From Patescibacteria group bacterium (GTDB taxonomy: Bacteria > Patescibacteriota > Microgenomatia > UBA12405): a DNA stretch of 48,022 nucleotides. Location of the stretch: NCBI GenBank assembly GCA_050943115.1, contig JBMNON010000001.1:1-48022 (forward strand), in the 5' to 3' direction. The position numbers and the translations under genes are program-made. Position 1 is the stretch's first letter; each line of letters starts with the position of its first letter. Below are positions 1 to 10,102 of this stretch, one piece after another. The notes beneath the pieces were generated by a model. It saw only the letters and a list, made by a program, of their open reading frames with translations, searched no databases and was not told the origin of the DNA.

Positions 1-11
1 ATAGGCTTAAT

Positions 12-797
12 TTACTTCCAACTTGTCATTATTACAATACCCAGGAGAATTGCTACCCCGATCCATACACTAGAAAGCCATGTTTTTCTAAATAATCTGT
101 CTCTGATATCAGCCTGCAGCAACCCGCTAAGTACATATATGGACGACACTAAGTATATCGACCCCTTAAATATCCCTACCGGCCAAAACGAAAAAGCCAA
201 AGACAGTTGCGACACCAATAACGCCGGAACCAACACATATACCACGATATTTTTACCCTTCCCATCATCGGGTAATTCTATAGCGATAGCCCAAAATTGG
301 TATAAGAAAACCAGTATGGAAATTAAAAAAACTAATAGCATGTTTATTCCATAATTAAATCTAAAAGACAAAATACTGTTAAAAAGTAAAAACGAGGTAA
401 GAAGTAATATTATTAAGCTAACCGTATAAGCTGCCCTGTATAAAGGTACGGTTTTATAGCCTATCGCCACCAAAAATACATTTTCGACAAGAAATACAAA
501 ATAAGAGATTATTCCAAAAATTATGCTTAATACAAGTGATCCTAACGCTCCCAAAGGTAGCAAAGCTACAAATAACCCGGAACCCACAAAAAAACATATC
601 GGCAATATCACCGCCATCATCTTTGTAAACCAGTCCTTATCAAAAATTATACCCAAACCAAACCAAAAACAAACAGCAATCAAAATTGTTCCGGCCAATA
701 ATCCATAGTAGTGCGACTCATAAGGCAATGTAATTAAAAGATAAAACCCCAGTGCCGACAACAAAGAAGAAACGATATATTTAGCTCTCTTGCCCAT
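12..797 (-). CDS. Polytopic membrane protein of unknown function
   Basis: ORF 12..818 is almost entirely hydrophobic helices. Likely start is ATG 797 (MGKRAKY), overlapping the yebC end. Confidence 0.75.
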   Translation of the reverse strand: MGKRAKYIVSSLLSALGFYLLITLPYESHYYGLLAGTILIAVCFWFGLGIIFDKDWFTKMMAVILPICFFVGSGLFVALLPLGALGSLVLSIIFGIISYFVFLVENVFLVAIGYKTVPLYRAAYTVSLIILLLTSFLLFNSILSFRFNYGINMLLVFLISILVFLYQFWAIAIELPDDGKGKNIVVYVLVPALLVSQLSLAFSFWPVGIFKGSIYLVSSIYVLSGLLQADIRDRLFRKTWLSSVWIGVAILLGIVIMTSWK

Positions 798-1494
798 AAT
801 CAAAACCAGCTGAAACACTTATAACGTCTTCATTATCTTCAAGATCACTTACCAGCTCTAAAATTCTGTTAACTTCGTCTTCGTTCTTTAATACAATTGG
901 GACTGTCGGCCTTAATACCACTTCTGACCTAACCACCCTCCTTCCACTTTCTTCTACCTTATTAGCAAAGTCAGCCAAACTCTCCACGTTAACCAAAACC
1001 GTATTGTCCTCAAAATCCCATGCACCAAAATCAATTAGTTCCAGCTGGTCTTCCTCACTAATATTATCCAACTCCACCTCCCCCTTTTTTTCAAACTGGT
1101 ACATTACTGAATTGCTTTCACCCAAACTCCCCTCATAATTCTTAAGAATGGACTTTATCTCTGCCAACGTCCGATTCTTGTTATCCGTTTCCGTTTCTAT
1201 CACCAAAGGCACTCCGTAAGGGCCATACCCTTCAAGGGTGTAAGCTGCCAAATTTGCCTTTCTTTTTTCAAAACCCTCAATCAACCTTTGGATATTCTCT
1301 TTAGGCATATTTATTTCCCGTGCCTTATCAATGGCGCTCCTCAAGTGTCCGTTTATGTCCGGATTAGTATTACCACCACCCATACGAATTGCTGTCAAAA
1401 TATTTTTTGACATTTTTGTAAAAGACTCGCTTCTTTTCTTATCCTGCGACCCCTTTCTTTCCTTGATGTTAGCCCACTTTGAATGTCCTGACAT
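781..1494 (-). CDS. yebC: YebC/PmpR family regulator
   Basis: MSGHSKWANIK N-terminus, EGYGPYGV, TDNKNRT motifs. Confidence 0.95.
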   Translation of the reverse strand: MSGHSKWANIKERKGSQDKKRSESFTKMSKNILTAIRMGGGNTNPDINGHLRSAIDKAREINMPKENIQRLIEGFEKRKANLAAYTLEGYGPYGVPLVIETETDNKNRTLAEIKSILKNYEGSLGESNSVMYQFEKKGEVELDNISEEDQLELIDFGAWDFEDNTVLVNVESLADFANKVEESGRRVVRSEVVLRPTVPIVLKNEDEVNRILELVSDLEDNEDVISVSAGFDYGQES

Positions 1495-1500
1495 ATATTG

Positions 1501-2340
1501 CTAAAAACTTTGTCTGTAACTTGAATATTTTAACATTTCTGCGAACCTCTCTCCAAAATACAACTCAGTCTCGTATTGGTTATTGCCCTCTTCAACCTCA
1601 CAACCAAATAAATTTTCCAAAACTTTCAGAGAATAATCGCCCACTTCTGTTCTTCCTTTCACCATCAAACAATCATCCACCACCTTCTCACTGCTTTCAA
1701 CTCCTATCACCGAAAACCCCGCCCATTCAAGCTTTGTGGCAATAAAATTTGCCAAACCTGATATTTCGCTTGTATTGATTATACTTATCTTAATGTCACT
1801 ATTTAATATCCTATTATCAGCAAAATCTCTCATCATCACTTCGTCAAGTATCGCGGCTTCCTCTTTTAAGTCTTTCGACACCGCCTCCTCCTTGTAAATC
1901 ATTTCCCCGCTCATCCTTCTCAATCTCAACCAATTCACCAACCCCAGCTCTTTTACAGCCAATCCGGCATCCCGCCATGAATCTAAATCATCAAGATACA
2001 GCACCCTATCACTAATAAATCCAAAATTATAAAAAAGTATCTCAAAAGCCAGATCCTTCTTTTTCTCCAAAGTCAACAATTTTTCAATTCTGTCGGTCCG
2101 GTACCAACTTGGCCCCTTAGGCACCCATAACGGAACATCCGGCTCAATCTTTATCGCGTTAATCATTTTTCTCTCCAAAGACACAGATACCATCGCTATT
2201 CTATCTTTACTCACTATCCCCAATCTTAAATCATTCCTGCCATCCCAAACGCCATTTAAAATTAGATCTGAATAATTTATAAACAAAAATGCCCCGAAAA
2301 TAACTAATCCTAACAATATCGTATATTTATATTTTTTCAC
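1501..2340 (-). CDS. Membrane-anchored protein with LytR C-terminal-like domain
   Basis: N-terminal TM; C-terminal 'ISIINTSEISGLANFIATKLEWAGFSV...ELYFGE' resembles LytR_C. Confidence 0.6.
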   Translation of the reverse strand: MKKYKYTILLGLVIFGAFLFINYSDLILNGVWDGRNDLRLGIVSKDRIAMVSVSLERKMINAIKIEPDVPLWVPKGPSWYRTDRIEKLLTLEKKKDLAFEILFYNFGFISDRVLYLDDLDSWRDAGLAVKELGLVNWLRLRRMSGEMIYKEEAVSKDLKEEAAILDEVMMRDFADNRILNSDIKISIINTSEISGLANFIATKLEWAGFSVIGVESSEKVVDDCLMVKGRTEVGDYSLKVLENLFGCEVEEGNNQYETELYFGERFAEMLKYSSYRQSF

Positions 2341-3007
2341 TTCTGGAAATTACCTCCTCAAGTTCTGGTGCTAAGGGCGAGTCAAACTCCAACAATCTTT
2401 TCCCAACGGGATGGGTAAATTTAATTTTACAAGCATGAAGAAAATGTCTGCCAAAACCGGATAACTCCAAGCCTCCATACAATTTGTCACCCAGTAACGG
2501 CCACCCCATATACGCCATATGCACTCTTATCTGATGAGTTCTGCCTGTCTTTAAATTTACCTCCACTAAACTGAACATTTTCCCGTTTATCTTATACTTG
2601 GCCTTAACTTCAAAAATACTAACTGCCTTCTTCCCCTCTACACTAGCTCCGAACTTACCAAATCCATAACGCAAGCGGCCTATAGGCACTCTAATTTCGC
2701 CTCTATTAGGCAGATCCCCTCCTGCCATTGCCAGATAACGCTTTTCCACCTCTCTCTTCTTAAACTCTCCGGATAACCCATTCAATACTTCCTGAGTTTT
2801 AGCCACTACAAGCAAACCGGAAGTATCTTTATCTAAACGATGAACAATCCCCGATCTCTTCAACTTAATTTTTTTTTCATTCTTCAACCAATCTTCCAAA
2901 GTATCCTCCTTTCCCACCCGCCCCTCTCTTGTTGTTACTAAACCACTTGGTTTTTCGACAACTATTAAGTATTTGTCTTCAAAAATTATTTTGACTTTCT
3001 CTTCCAT
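2327..3007 (-). CDS. rluD: RluA/RluD family RNA pseudouridine synthase (no S4 domain)
   Basis: KPSGL, GIVHRLDKDTSGLL, TGRTHQIRVH, GDKLYG motifs. Confidence 0.9.
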   Translation of the reverse strand: MEEKVKIIFEDKYLIVVEKPSGLVTTREGRVGKEDTLEDWLKNEKKIKLKRSGIVHRLDKDTSGLLVVAKTQEVLNGLSGEFKKREVEKRYLAMAGGDLPNRGEIRVPIGRLRYGFGKFGASVEGKKAVSIFEVKAKYKINGKMFSLVEVNLKTGRTHQIRVHMAYMGWPLLGDKLYGGLELSGFGRHFLHACKIKFTHPVGKRLLEFDSPLAPELEEVISRSEKI

Positions 3008-3390
3008 AAGTTATAAATAAAAATAACAGTTCCCATCACAATAAACCAGTCATTTATGTTGTTATAAACGTTTATTATTCCCAAGGACCAATAATCCCGT
3101 ACATACCCGTAAGACATTCTGTCAACTAAATTTGCCCCGCCACCGGCCAAAATTAATATCAAACCCACCGACAACTTCTTTCTTACCTTCCAAAACACCA
3201 CTCCATAAAGCGGTAAAGCCAACCATCCCATACCATCACACCACCCAAAGCTAAATCCTCTATTTTTGAGCAAATCCTCACTGAATTTTGACAACAATCC
3301 GTGGTAACCCCAAAGCCCTATGGTCAGCAGAATTAGTATTGTTATCCTATGATTCTCTTTCTTTCTCACAATCGATACAAATTGTAGCAT
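2986..3390 (-). CDS. lspA: Signal peptidase II (lipoprotein signal peptidase), divergent; start uncertain
   Basis: GGGANLVDR, GYVRDY, NNINDWFI; directly upstream of rluD as in the classic lspA-rluD order. Confidence 0.75.
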   Translation of the reverse strand: MLQFVSIVRKKENHRITILILLTIGLWGYHGLLSKFSEDLLKNRGFSFGWCDGMGWLALPLYGVVFWKVRKKLSVGLILILAGGGANLVDRMSYGYVRDYWSLGIINVYNNINDWFIVMGTVIFIYNLWKRKSK

Positions 3391-3730
3391 CTGGCTTTGC
3401 AGCCAACCTATCGGTATCGATCATCTTTCCGCATCTTTCACAAGTTCCATACTTCCCTAATTTAATTCTTGTCAGAGCTTTTCTAAGCTGAACTATCTGT
3501 TTTCTAATAAAATTAACTTTTACTTCCACATCAAAGTGACCCATCTGTTCATCTACATCCTCCTCTACCGAGTTTTCGATATCTCTGTTAACATCCGTAA
3601 AAGGATCACCCTCCTTTAGGGATTTCTCTCTTCTTTTCAACCTGATAATCTCTTCTTCGAGAAACTTTTTTATCGGATTAATTAAACTATTGGGAAACTT
3701 TAAGTCGGAAGAATTGTCACTATTTTTCAT
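3347..3730 (-). CDS. TraR/DksA C4 zinc-finger protein
   Basis: ALTRIKLGKYGTCERCGKMIDTDRLAAKPDATICIDC. Confidence 0.9.
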   Translation of the reverse strand: MKNSDNSSDLKFPNSLINPIKKFLEEEIIRLKRREKSLKEGDPFTDVNRDIENSVEEDVDEQMGHFDVEVKVNFIRKQIVQLRKALTRIKLGKYGTCERCGKMIDTDRLAAKPDATICIDCEKERES

Positions 3731-4406
3731 TTTTTCTCCTCATACCAACAACATTTAAAAATTTTATATCAAGCACTTCTCCAAGAATAAACAATCCGAT
3801 CAAAGAAATCAAACCAACTGTTAAATATATGCCTGAAATAAAATAACCATCCTTAAACAGAACTCCCTTTAAGGCCAAAAACAACCAAAATAATACATTA
3901 GTAAAGAAAAATATAAAACCCTTTTTTCCGCTTTTATACCATACATAAGACCTGTACTTTTTGGACACAATCATTGTTAGCACCCCGATTATCATCAAAA
4001 CCATCAATACACTTGCCGCAGTTAAGTTAAAATTTGACCTCAATAATTCATCTCCGATAAAAAATGCCATCATCACACCGAAATTAACTATGCTGTCTTC
4101 CATAAATGACCATACTTTCCATTTATTATTATTTGCATACCACCATGATGCCATAAACCAAACTAAATATCCGCCCATATAGTTCATACCCGGTTTCTGC
4201 CATACCAAGAACCAACTGGCAATTGAATCATTCCAGACCCCCCAATTAATCAATCCGAATGCTAATCTGCCGCCAATTAAAAATGCCAGCAAACTCACCC
4301 AGGAATAGGATATCAGCTTATCATCCTCAAAATCTTCTCTTGAATTTCTCCAAGTTAAATAAAGAAATAAAATTACTCCAATAGTTCTTATAATTCCAAA
4401 TTGCAT
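3720..4406 (-). CDS. lgt: Prolipoprotein diacylglyceryl transferase-like membrane protein
   Basis: LIGGRLAF and 'WQKPGMNYMGG' resemble the Lgt GGRL..W.GGM..GG motifs; clustered with lspA. Confidence 0.6.
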   Translation of the reverse strand: MQFGIIRTIGVILFLYLTWRNSREDFEDDKLISYSWVSLLAFLIGGRLAFGLINWGVWNDSIASWFLVWQKPGMNYMGGYLVWFMASWWYANNNKWKVWSFMEDSIVNFGVMMAFFIGDELLRSNFNLTAASVLMVLMIIGVLTMIVSKKYRSYVWYKSGKKGFIFFFTNVLFWLFLALKGVLFKDGYFISGIYLTVGLISLIGLFILGEVLDIKFLNVVGMRRKNEK

Positions 4407-4445
4407 CTATATATATTCTATAACAACATCGTAGATATTTGTATG

Positions 4446-4529
4446 TGCCGAAGCTGGGAGTCGAACCCAGATGACATTGCTGCCACACGATTTTGAGTCG
4501 TGCGCGTCTACCAGTTCCGCCACTCCGGC
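4446..4529 (-). tRNA. tRNA-Leu(CAA)
   Basis: Minus strand GCCGGAGTGGCGGAACTGGTAGACGCG CACGA-CT-CAA-AA-TCGTG, long variable arm, GGTTCGACTCC; CCA not encoded. Confidence 0.95.
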
Positions 4530-4565
4530 AATTTCAAAAATTTTCCTAGTATACCAAAAATTGGA

Positions 4566-5876
4566 TTACTCCGCCTTCTGCTCCACATCAAAAAAACTGA
4601 CTTGTTTACCGTTAAAGAATAGGTTAAATTGGCCTGTTGGACCATTTCTGTGTTTTTCGATGTTACAAGTCACCATCTCCCTTACATCTTCGCTCTCTCT
4701 GTGCAAGAACATCACCACATCGGCATCCTGTTCGATACTCCCCGACTCTCTGAGGTCCGACAACCGCGGCTTTCCCCCCCTGGCCTCCATTGCTCTGGAT
4801 AACTGCGCCGCTGCCAAAACCGGTACATTTAGTTCCCTGGCAAGATTCTTTAAACCCTGAGATATTTCTGAAACCTCCTGCACCCTATTGTCCCTGGTCG
4901 TTCCATGCATCAACTGCAAATAATCAATAATAATGAATTTTATTCCTTTATCTGCCTGTAACCTTCTTGCTTTTGTTCTTAGCTCTGTTACCGTTAGTCC
5001 CGGCGTATCGTCGATATAAAGAGGAGCTTCCGCCAGTATTCCCATTGCCTCCGACAACGATCCGAAATCGTGTTCGGATAATTGACCGGTCTTCAGCTTC
5101 CATGCGTCGATTAGCCCCTGCCTCACCAATAAACGGTCCACCAATTCCTCCTTGCTCATCTCCAAAGAAAAAACGCAAGTTGGTAGCTTCTCTTCAACGG
5201 ATACATGCCTGGCGATATTTAAACCAAAAGCCGTCTTACCAACTCCAGGTCTTGCCGCCAAAATGATTAAGTTACTGTTCTGCATCCCGGCAAGCAAACT
5301 ATCAAGGTTTTTAAAGCCTGTCGGTACCCCTCTCAATCCGTTTCCCATCTTTTGTAACTCATCGAGCCTGTCAAAACTGGCCGTCAGCACTTCCTTGATT
5401 GACGACGGTACCGATTTTAAATGTTTTTGGGATAAAGAAAACACAGCTTGTTCAGCTGCATCCAAAAGCTCGTCAGCGGCCATACCGTCATCAAAAGCCA
5501 TCTCACCTATTTTACCTGCTGCCGAAATCAACTCCCTTTTGGCAGACAAAGCCTTAATGATCCTGCCGTAACTTTCCACATTTGCAGCCGTCGGCACCTC
5601 ATTGGCCAATTTTGTCAAAAAGGCCTTACCGCCTACCCTCTTTAACAACTTTAGTTCCTTTAATTTTTCTGATACTGTCACAATGTCAATAGGAAACCGG
5701 TTCTCATACAGCTTCATCATGGCCTCATATATAGAACCATGATTGGCGTTATAAAAATTTTCCGACCTCAAAAATTCGGATACCGTTAGCATTGCGTCAT
5801 TGTCGATCAGTATCGACCCCAAAACGCACAGCTCGGCTTCCTCTGAGTTTGGTGGTATTCTTACCGCTTCATTCAT
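4566..5876 (-). CDS. dnaB: Replicative DNA helicase
   Basis: PPNSEEAE, AARPGVGKT, IDYLQL, SDLRESGSIEQDAD, KHRNGPTG. Confidence 0.98.
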   Translation of the reverse strand: MNEAVRIPPNSEEAELCVLGSILIDNDAMLTVSEFLRSENFYNANHGSIYEAMMKLYENRFPIDIVTVSEKLKELKLLKRVGGKAFLTKLANEVPTAANVESYGRIIKALSAKRELISAAGKIGEMAFDDGMAADELLDAAEQAVFSLSQKHLKSVPSSIKEVLTASFDRLDELQKMGNGLRGVPTGFKNLDSLLAGMQNSNLIILAARPGVGKTAFGLNIARHVSVEEKLPTCVFSLEMSKEELVDRLLVRQGLIDAWKLKTGQLSEHDFGSLSEAMGILAEAPLYIDDTPGLTVTELRTKARRLQADKGIKFIIIDYLQLMHGTTRDNRVQEVSEISQGLKNLARELNVPVLAAAQLSRAMEARGGKPRLSDLRESGSIEQDADVVMFLHRESEDVREMVTCNIEKHRNGPTGQFNLFFNGKQVSFFDVEQKAE

Positions 5877-5881
5877 TTTTT

Positions 5882-6463
5882 CTATTGCTGCTCGAGTATA
5901 ACTACTTCCATTCCTTCCGGCAAATCTTCAAGTTTATCAATTTTTAGAGAATCGACTTTCTGAGCATCTTCTCTGTCAACGGCATCCAAAAACTCTCCAA
6001 ATTCACTGTTACCTTCTTCATAGCCTATTGGCACTACATAATTGGCTCCCCATTTTTTAGCCCAATCCATTTTAGTTTTGGTATTAACTTTCTCACTATT
6101 ATTAATTTCCATCAACAGTACGTCCATGGCACCTATCTTTTCAATCTTCTTATCGGACAACGGCTCGTCAATCTCACCCATCACCCCCACTGTTACCCCG
6201 TCTACATTTACTGTATAAACATAACCCTTCATTCCATTAATTCCTAGAATTTCCACCCCACCCACCTCATACTCGCCTGGACCTCTAATAATTACGGCAC
6301 TATTATCCAAACCCATAAAGTCATACTCTTCGCTTGTAAACATAACAATCCTTGTTGGCTGATACTTCTTAAGCTTTAAATTATCTTCGCTTGGATTAAT
6401 AAAAACATTTTCCTTTTTTCCCTTAATCCAGACAGCGTTCTTTCCGGTTCTTCTTATTTCCAT
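5882..6463 (-). CDS. MBL-fold protein, degenerate metal site
   Basis: 'IIRGPGEYEVGGVEILGI' is typical of the small Zn-hydrolase-like MBL family, but HxHxDH is absent. Confidence 0.65.
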   Translation of the reverse strand: MEIRRTGKNAVWIKGKKENVFINPSEDNLKLKKYQPTRIVMFTSEEYDFMGLDNSAVIIRGPGEYEVGGVEILGINGMKGYVYTVNVDGVTVGVMGEIDEPLSDKKIEKIGAMDVLLMEINNSEKVNTKTKMDWAKKWGANYVVPIGYEEGNSEFGEFLDAVDREDAQKVDSLKIDKLEDLPEGMEVVILEQQ

Positions 6464-6531
6464 ATAAGTAATTCTATCATCACTCCAAAATTACTTGTGT
6501 TATCATTTATCAGACCTTAAAATAACCTATT

Positions 6532-7002
6532 ATGATCAAAGAACTCTTTCTAGCTATTGCCCTTGGTGCTCTATTAGGATTTGGAGTAACCGGCGGCTAC
6601 TTCGCCCTTAAAAACAGTTCCAAACCTTCTTCCCAAGGCCAACCTACGCCCATCCCTACCCTAGCTGAAAATCCTGAATCGAAGTCAGAAAACACCTCAA
6701 GCGATTCTTCCTCAACGCTGACAACCGCCACCGGCTCAAATATTACAATAAACGAACCGTCTGACAACTCCATCGTCTCAACTTCAAAATTAACAATTTC
6801 AGGAACTACTTCCGCTGACAGTACCGTTATCGCCATCACTCCTTTAGGTGATTTTTCCACACTCAGCGACAAAAATGGTAAGTTTGAAATCCAGGTCAAT
6901 ATTGAATCGGGGGTCAATTTAATCAAAATTACATCAGTCGATCCTGAAGATAACCAATCCGAAAGCCAATTAACCGTTACATATTCAACTGCCCAGTTTT
7001 AA
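6532..7002 (+). CDS. Membrane-anchored protein with S/T linker and Ig-like domain
   Basis: N-terminal TM, S/T/P-rich linker, beta-rich domain 'LTISGTT...GVNLIKITSVD'. Confidence 0.7.
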   Translation: MIKELFLAIALGALLGFGVTGGYFALKNSSKPSSQGQPTPIPTLAENPESKSENTSSDSSSTLTTATGSNITINEPSDNSIVSTSKLTISGTTSADSTVIAITPLGDFSTLSDKNGKFEIQVNIESGVNLIKITSVDPEDNQSESQLTVTYSTAQF

Positions 7003-7005
7003 AAA

Positions 7006-7716
7006 ATGATTATTTCACTTTTAACGCTAGTCTGGTCACTTTTAACTTCTCCTTCTCAAATTATTGCCGCTTCCCCTACCCCAACCCCAAACGAATCCAG
7101 CCCGGCCATCCTTGAAGAAGCCCAAAAAATTCGTCAGGTTGTTCAGGAAAAAGTAATGGAAAAAATTAAAGACATAACCGATCCTGAATCTAGTAAAAAG
7201 GGTTTCATCGGTACTGTTACCCAAATAAATGGAAATCAAATTTCCATAACCCATAAATCTCAAAACTATACCCTAACCACCGACGACTCTACTACAATCA
7301 TTGATGAGAAAAGAAATAAGGCAAAACTCGAAGACATCGAGGTGGGGCAAGGAATATTAGCAATGGGTTATCTAACTCAACAAAGCATTCTCGACGCCAA
7401 AAGACTAATTTTTGTCGACCTGGAAACTTTAGAAAATGAGCAACAGGTTGTCGTTGGCAATATCGTTGATGCTTCCCAATCTTCACCGGTGTTTGTTCTT
7501 ATTCCCAGTAAAAATAAAGATCAGCAATTTCAAATTAAAACGGATACCAAGACTGCCATTGTCAACCAGAATGGCAAAAAGTTAACAGTTGACATCCAAG
7601 CCGGTAAAAAGGTCATCTGTATTATCCAACCGGATCCAAAAATGGCCAATACCTTCTACGCTACAAAAATAATCCATTTAGGAACCGAAACAACCACACC
7701 AACTCCTCAACAATAG
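7006..7716 (+). CDS. Secreted protein with two OB-fold/DUF5666-like repeats
   Basis: Signal-like N-terminus; repeated 'G.V.......TDxxT.I......L.DI..G..' units. Confidence 0.6.
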   Translation: MIISLLTLVWSLLTSPSQIIAASPTPTPNESSPAILEEAQKIRQVVQEKVMEKIKDITDPESSKKGFIGTVTQINGNQISITHKSQNYTLTTDDSTTIIDEKRNKAKLEDIEVGQGILAMGYLTQQSILDAKRLIFVDLETLENEQQVVVGNIVDASQSSPVFVLIPSKNKDQQFQIKTDTKTAIVNQNGKKLTVDIQAGKKVICIIQPDPKMANTFYATKIIHLGTETTTPTPQQ

Positions 7717-7781
7717 CCCGGTTCTACGCAGATACTTTTATTTTATAGCCTTATCTCCTATACTATAAGTACCCTAAACAT

Positions 7782-7859
7782 GGTGGTATTAGCTCAATTG
7801 GTTAGAGCATTCGCCTGTGGAGCGAAAGGTTGGCGGTTCAAGTCCGCTATACCACCCCA
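7782..7859 (+). tRNA. tRNA-His(GTG)
   Basis: G-1 plus GTGGTAT/ATACCAC acceptor stem, TTCGC-CT-GTG-GA-GCGAA anticodon arm, C73, encoded CCA. Confidence 0.96.
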
Positions 7860-7862
7860 AAC

Positions 7863-7887
7863 AAGCCCCTGATGGGGCTTTTTCTTT
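7863..7887 (+). terminator. Intrinsic terminator after tRNA-His
   Basis: AAGCCCC-TGAT-GGGGCTT followed by TTTCTTT. Confidence 0.85.
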
Positions 7888-7904
7888 AATGTTACAATCA
7901 AAAT

Positions 7905-9143
7905 ATGAAATCTAAACCACAAACTCTAAAAGGCTTTCGCGATTTCCTTCCCAACACCATGGTTATCCGAAACTATGTTAAAAGTTTGCTAATTGAAGTT
8001 TTTGAAAGTTATGGCTTTCAACCTCTGGAAACCCCCACCCTTGAGTATGCCTCAACCTTAATGGGCAAATATGGAGAAGAAGCCGATAAATTAGTCTACT
8101 CCTTCGAAGACCAGGGTGGCCGCAAAGTCGGCTTGCGTTATGACTTGACAGTTCCTGTCTCCAAGGTTCTGGCAATATATCAAAACCAAATCCCCCTACC
8201 TTTCAAACGCTACCAGCTTCAACCGGTTTGGCGTGCCGAAAAACCACAAAAAGGCCGATACCGCGAAGTGCTACAGTGTGATATAGATACCTTCGGATCC
8301 AAATCTCCTGTTGCTGATGCCGAATTTGTTGCTATTATCTATACCATTCTCCAAAAACTAAATTTTAAGAAGTATTCTATTCGCATTAATAGCCGGCAGG
8401 TTTTATCACAAATATTGGACCAATGCGGTATAAAAAACAATAGAAATTCGGTACTTCAAAGTCTTGATAAATTCCAAAAAATCGGTCGAGATGGAGTAAC
8501 AAATGAGCTCACTGAAAAAGGCCTCGAGAAAACCACTGCCAACCGCCTTTTTGAATATATCAAAACAGCTCAGCCGGATGATTACCTAAAACTAGTTTTT
8601 GAAAAGATTCAGGACTTTGGTGTACCCCAAAATGCTTACACTTTTGACCCGACTATGGTCAGAGGTCTCGATTACTACACCGGTCCGATTTTTGAAACCT
8701 ACGTCGAAGAGCCTAAAATAGGCTCCATCACAGGAGGCGGTCGTTACGACAATTTAGTTTCAGCCCTCGGCGGTCCAGACGTGCCAGCGGTCGGCACAAC
8801 CATTGGGCTCGATCGCATTGTCGACTGCATTATCGAACTTAACCTATTGCCAAAATTATCCAAGACAAAAACAAAAATTATGATAGCCAATTTCGGACCC
8901 TCCACTGAAAAAAATAGTATAAAACTAGCTTCAAAACTAATAAGCCAGCAAATTCCGACCCTTTATTACCCTCAACAGGACAAATTTGGAAAACAATTCA
9001 AATATGCTGACAGCAATAATATTCCCTTTGTAGCTATTCTTGGCGAAAACGAAGTAAAACAAAATATGGTTACTGTTAAAAATATGACATCGGGAGAACA
9101 AAAAACTGTAAGTTATAAAGAAATGATAAACCTAATCTCATAG
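7905..9143 (+). CDS. hisS: Histidine--tRNA ligase
   Basis: KGFRDFLP, LRYDLTVP, WRAEKPQKGRYRE, RGLDYYTG, GGGRYD. Confidence 0.98.
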   Translation: MKSKPQTLKGFRDFLPNTMVIRNYVKSLLIEVFESYGFQPLETPTLEYASTLMGKYGEEADKLVYSFEDQGGRKVGLRYDLTVPVSKVLAIYQNQIPLPFKRYQLQPVWRAEKPQKGRYREVLQCDIDTFGSKSPVADAEFVAIIYTILQKLNFKKYSIRINSRQVLSQILDQCGIKNNRNSVLQSLDKFQKIGRDGVTNELTEKGLEKTTANRLFEYIKTAQPDDYLKLVFEKIQDFGVPQNAYTFDPTMVRGLDYYTGPIFETYVEEPKIGSITGGGRYDNLVSALGGPDVPAVGTTIGLDRIVDCIIELNLLPKLSKTKTKIMIANFGPSTEKNSIKLASKLISQQIPTLYYPQQDKFGKQFKYADSNNIPFVAILGENEVKQNMVTVKNMTSGEQKTVSYKEMINLIS

Positions 9144-9147
9144 ATTA

Positions 9148-10059
9148 ATGGTTAAAGGGTCCTCTGGACTAAGCTTAATAGAAATAATCCTAATTACGTC
9201 TGTAGTTAGTACTATACTGATAGCTATTATAATTACCATCAATCCTATTGAGCAAATTAAAAAAGGGCAAGACGCTTCCACAACAAACTACACCTCGGAA
9301 ATATTTTCCTCCATCAGCCGCTACCATATTTCTAACTCCAAACCCTTGTTCACATTTACTATTAACACCAAAGACTTAGAATCACCCGAAGCCCAAGATA
9401 TCGCCAAAAAGTTAGTTCAATCATCCGAGCTAAAAGATTCTGTAATCGATCCCGTCCGCTTACCTCCTGTACTTCTTACAGCAAATCCAAGCCCCCTCTC
9501 CTATTCCCTATGTTTTCGACCCCAGTCAAAATCATTTAGAAATAATCCCAAACTGTGTTTTTATAATTCTTCAGGCTCAATTCTCACTGATACTTCAGAT
9601 TGCTATATTTGTTTTACCCACAACTCCACATCAAACCCACCAGAACAAAACTCTCCTGGGGAACTAAGTCCCACACCCAACCTCTGTGGTCATGATCCCG
9701 AATACCCCAATTATCCAACCACCTCTTTTTTCCTGTCTGACAAATTCTCCATTTATGGATGCGATCGTTATCAGGTTCAGGATTTCAGCTGCGACAGCTA
9801 TGTTTGGTGGACTTGGGGTACCCCTTGTGAAAGTTTATGCCAACCCGGACAAAGATGCCTAAAGAAAAAATATAGTCATCCCAATATTTTTAGCTCCGAT
9901 GGCTTCAACTGTCTTATTCACTACAATGAAGCAGTCGAATATTATTGCACCAACGAACCCTACTCCAACTGTCTAAATCATCCCCAAAAATCTTCTCCAG
10001 ATGATTTTGAGCATGGTTGCACTAATCCAGTTCGTTCTATAAAATGGAAAACCCCATAA
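9148..10059 (+). CDS. Type IV pilin-like protein with Cys-rich C-terminal domain
   Basis: Prepilin cleavage motif G|LSLIE plus hydrophobic helix ending INP; many Cys in the C-terminal half. Confidence 0.8.
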   Translation: MVKGSSGLSLIEIILITSVVSTILIAIIITINPIEQIKKGQDASTTNYTSEIFSSISRYHISNSKPLFTFTINTKDLESPEAQDIAKKLVQSSELKDSVIDPVRLPPVLLTANPSPLSYSLCFRPQSKSFRNNPKLCFYNSSGSILTDTSDCYICFTHNSTSNPPEQNSPGELSPTPNLCGHDPEYPNYPTTSFFLSDKFSIYGCDRYQVQDFSCDSYVWWTWGTPCESLCQPGQRCLKKKYSHPNIFSSDGFNCLIHYNEAVEYYCTNEPYSNCLNHPQKSSPDDFEHGCTNPVRSIKWKTP

Positions 10060-10102
10060 TAAAATCGAACAAATGAAAAATAATTTGCTATAATAGATAG
10101 CT

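Noticed and set aside
4471-4860. 129-aa + strand ORF and similar antisense ORFs throughout the window
   Set aside because: Shadow ORFs opposite tRNA-Leu/dnaB and other well-supported genes.
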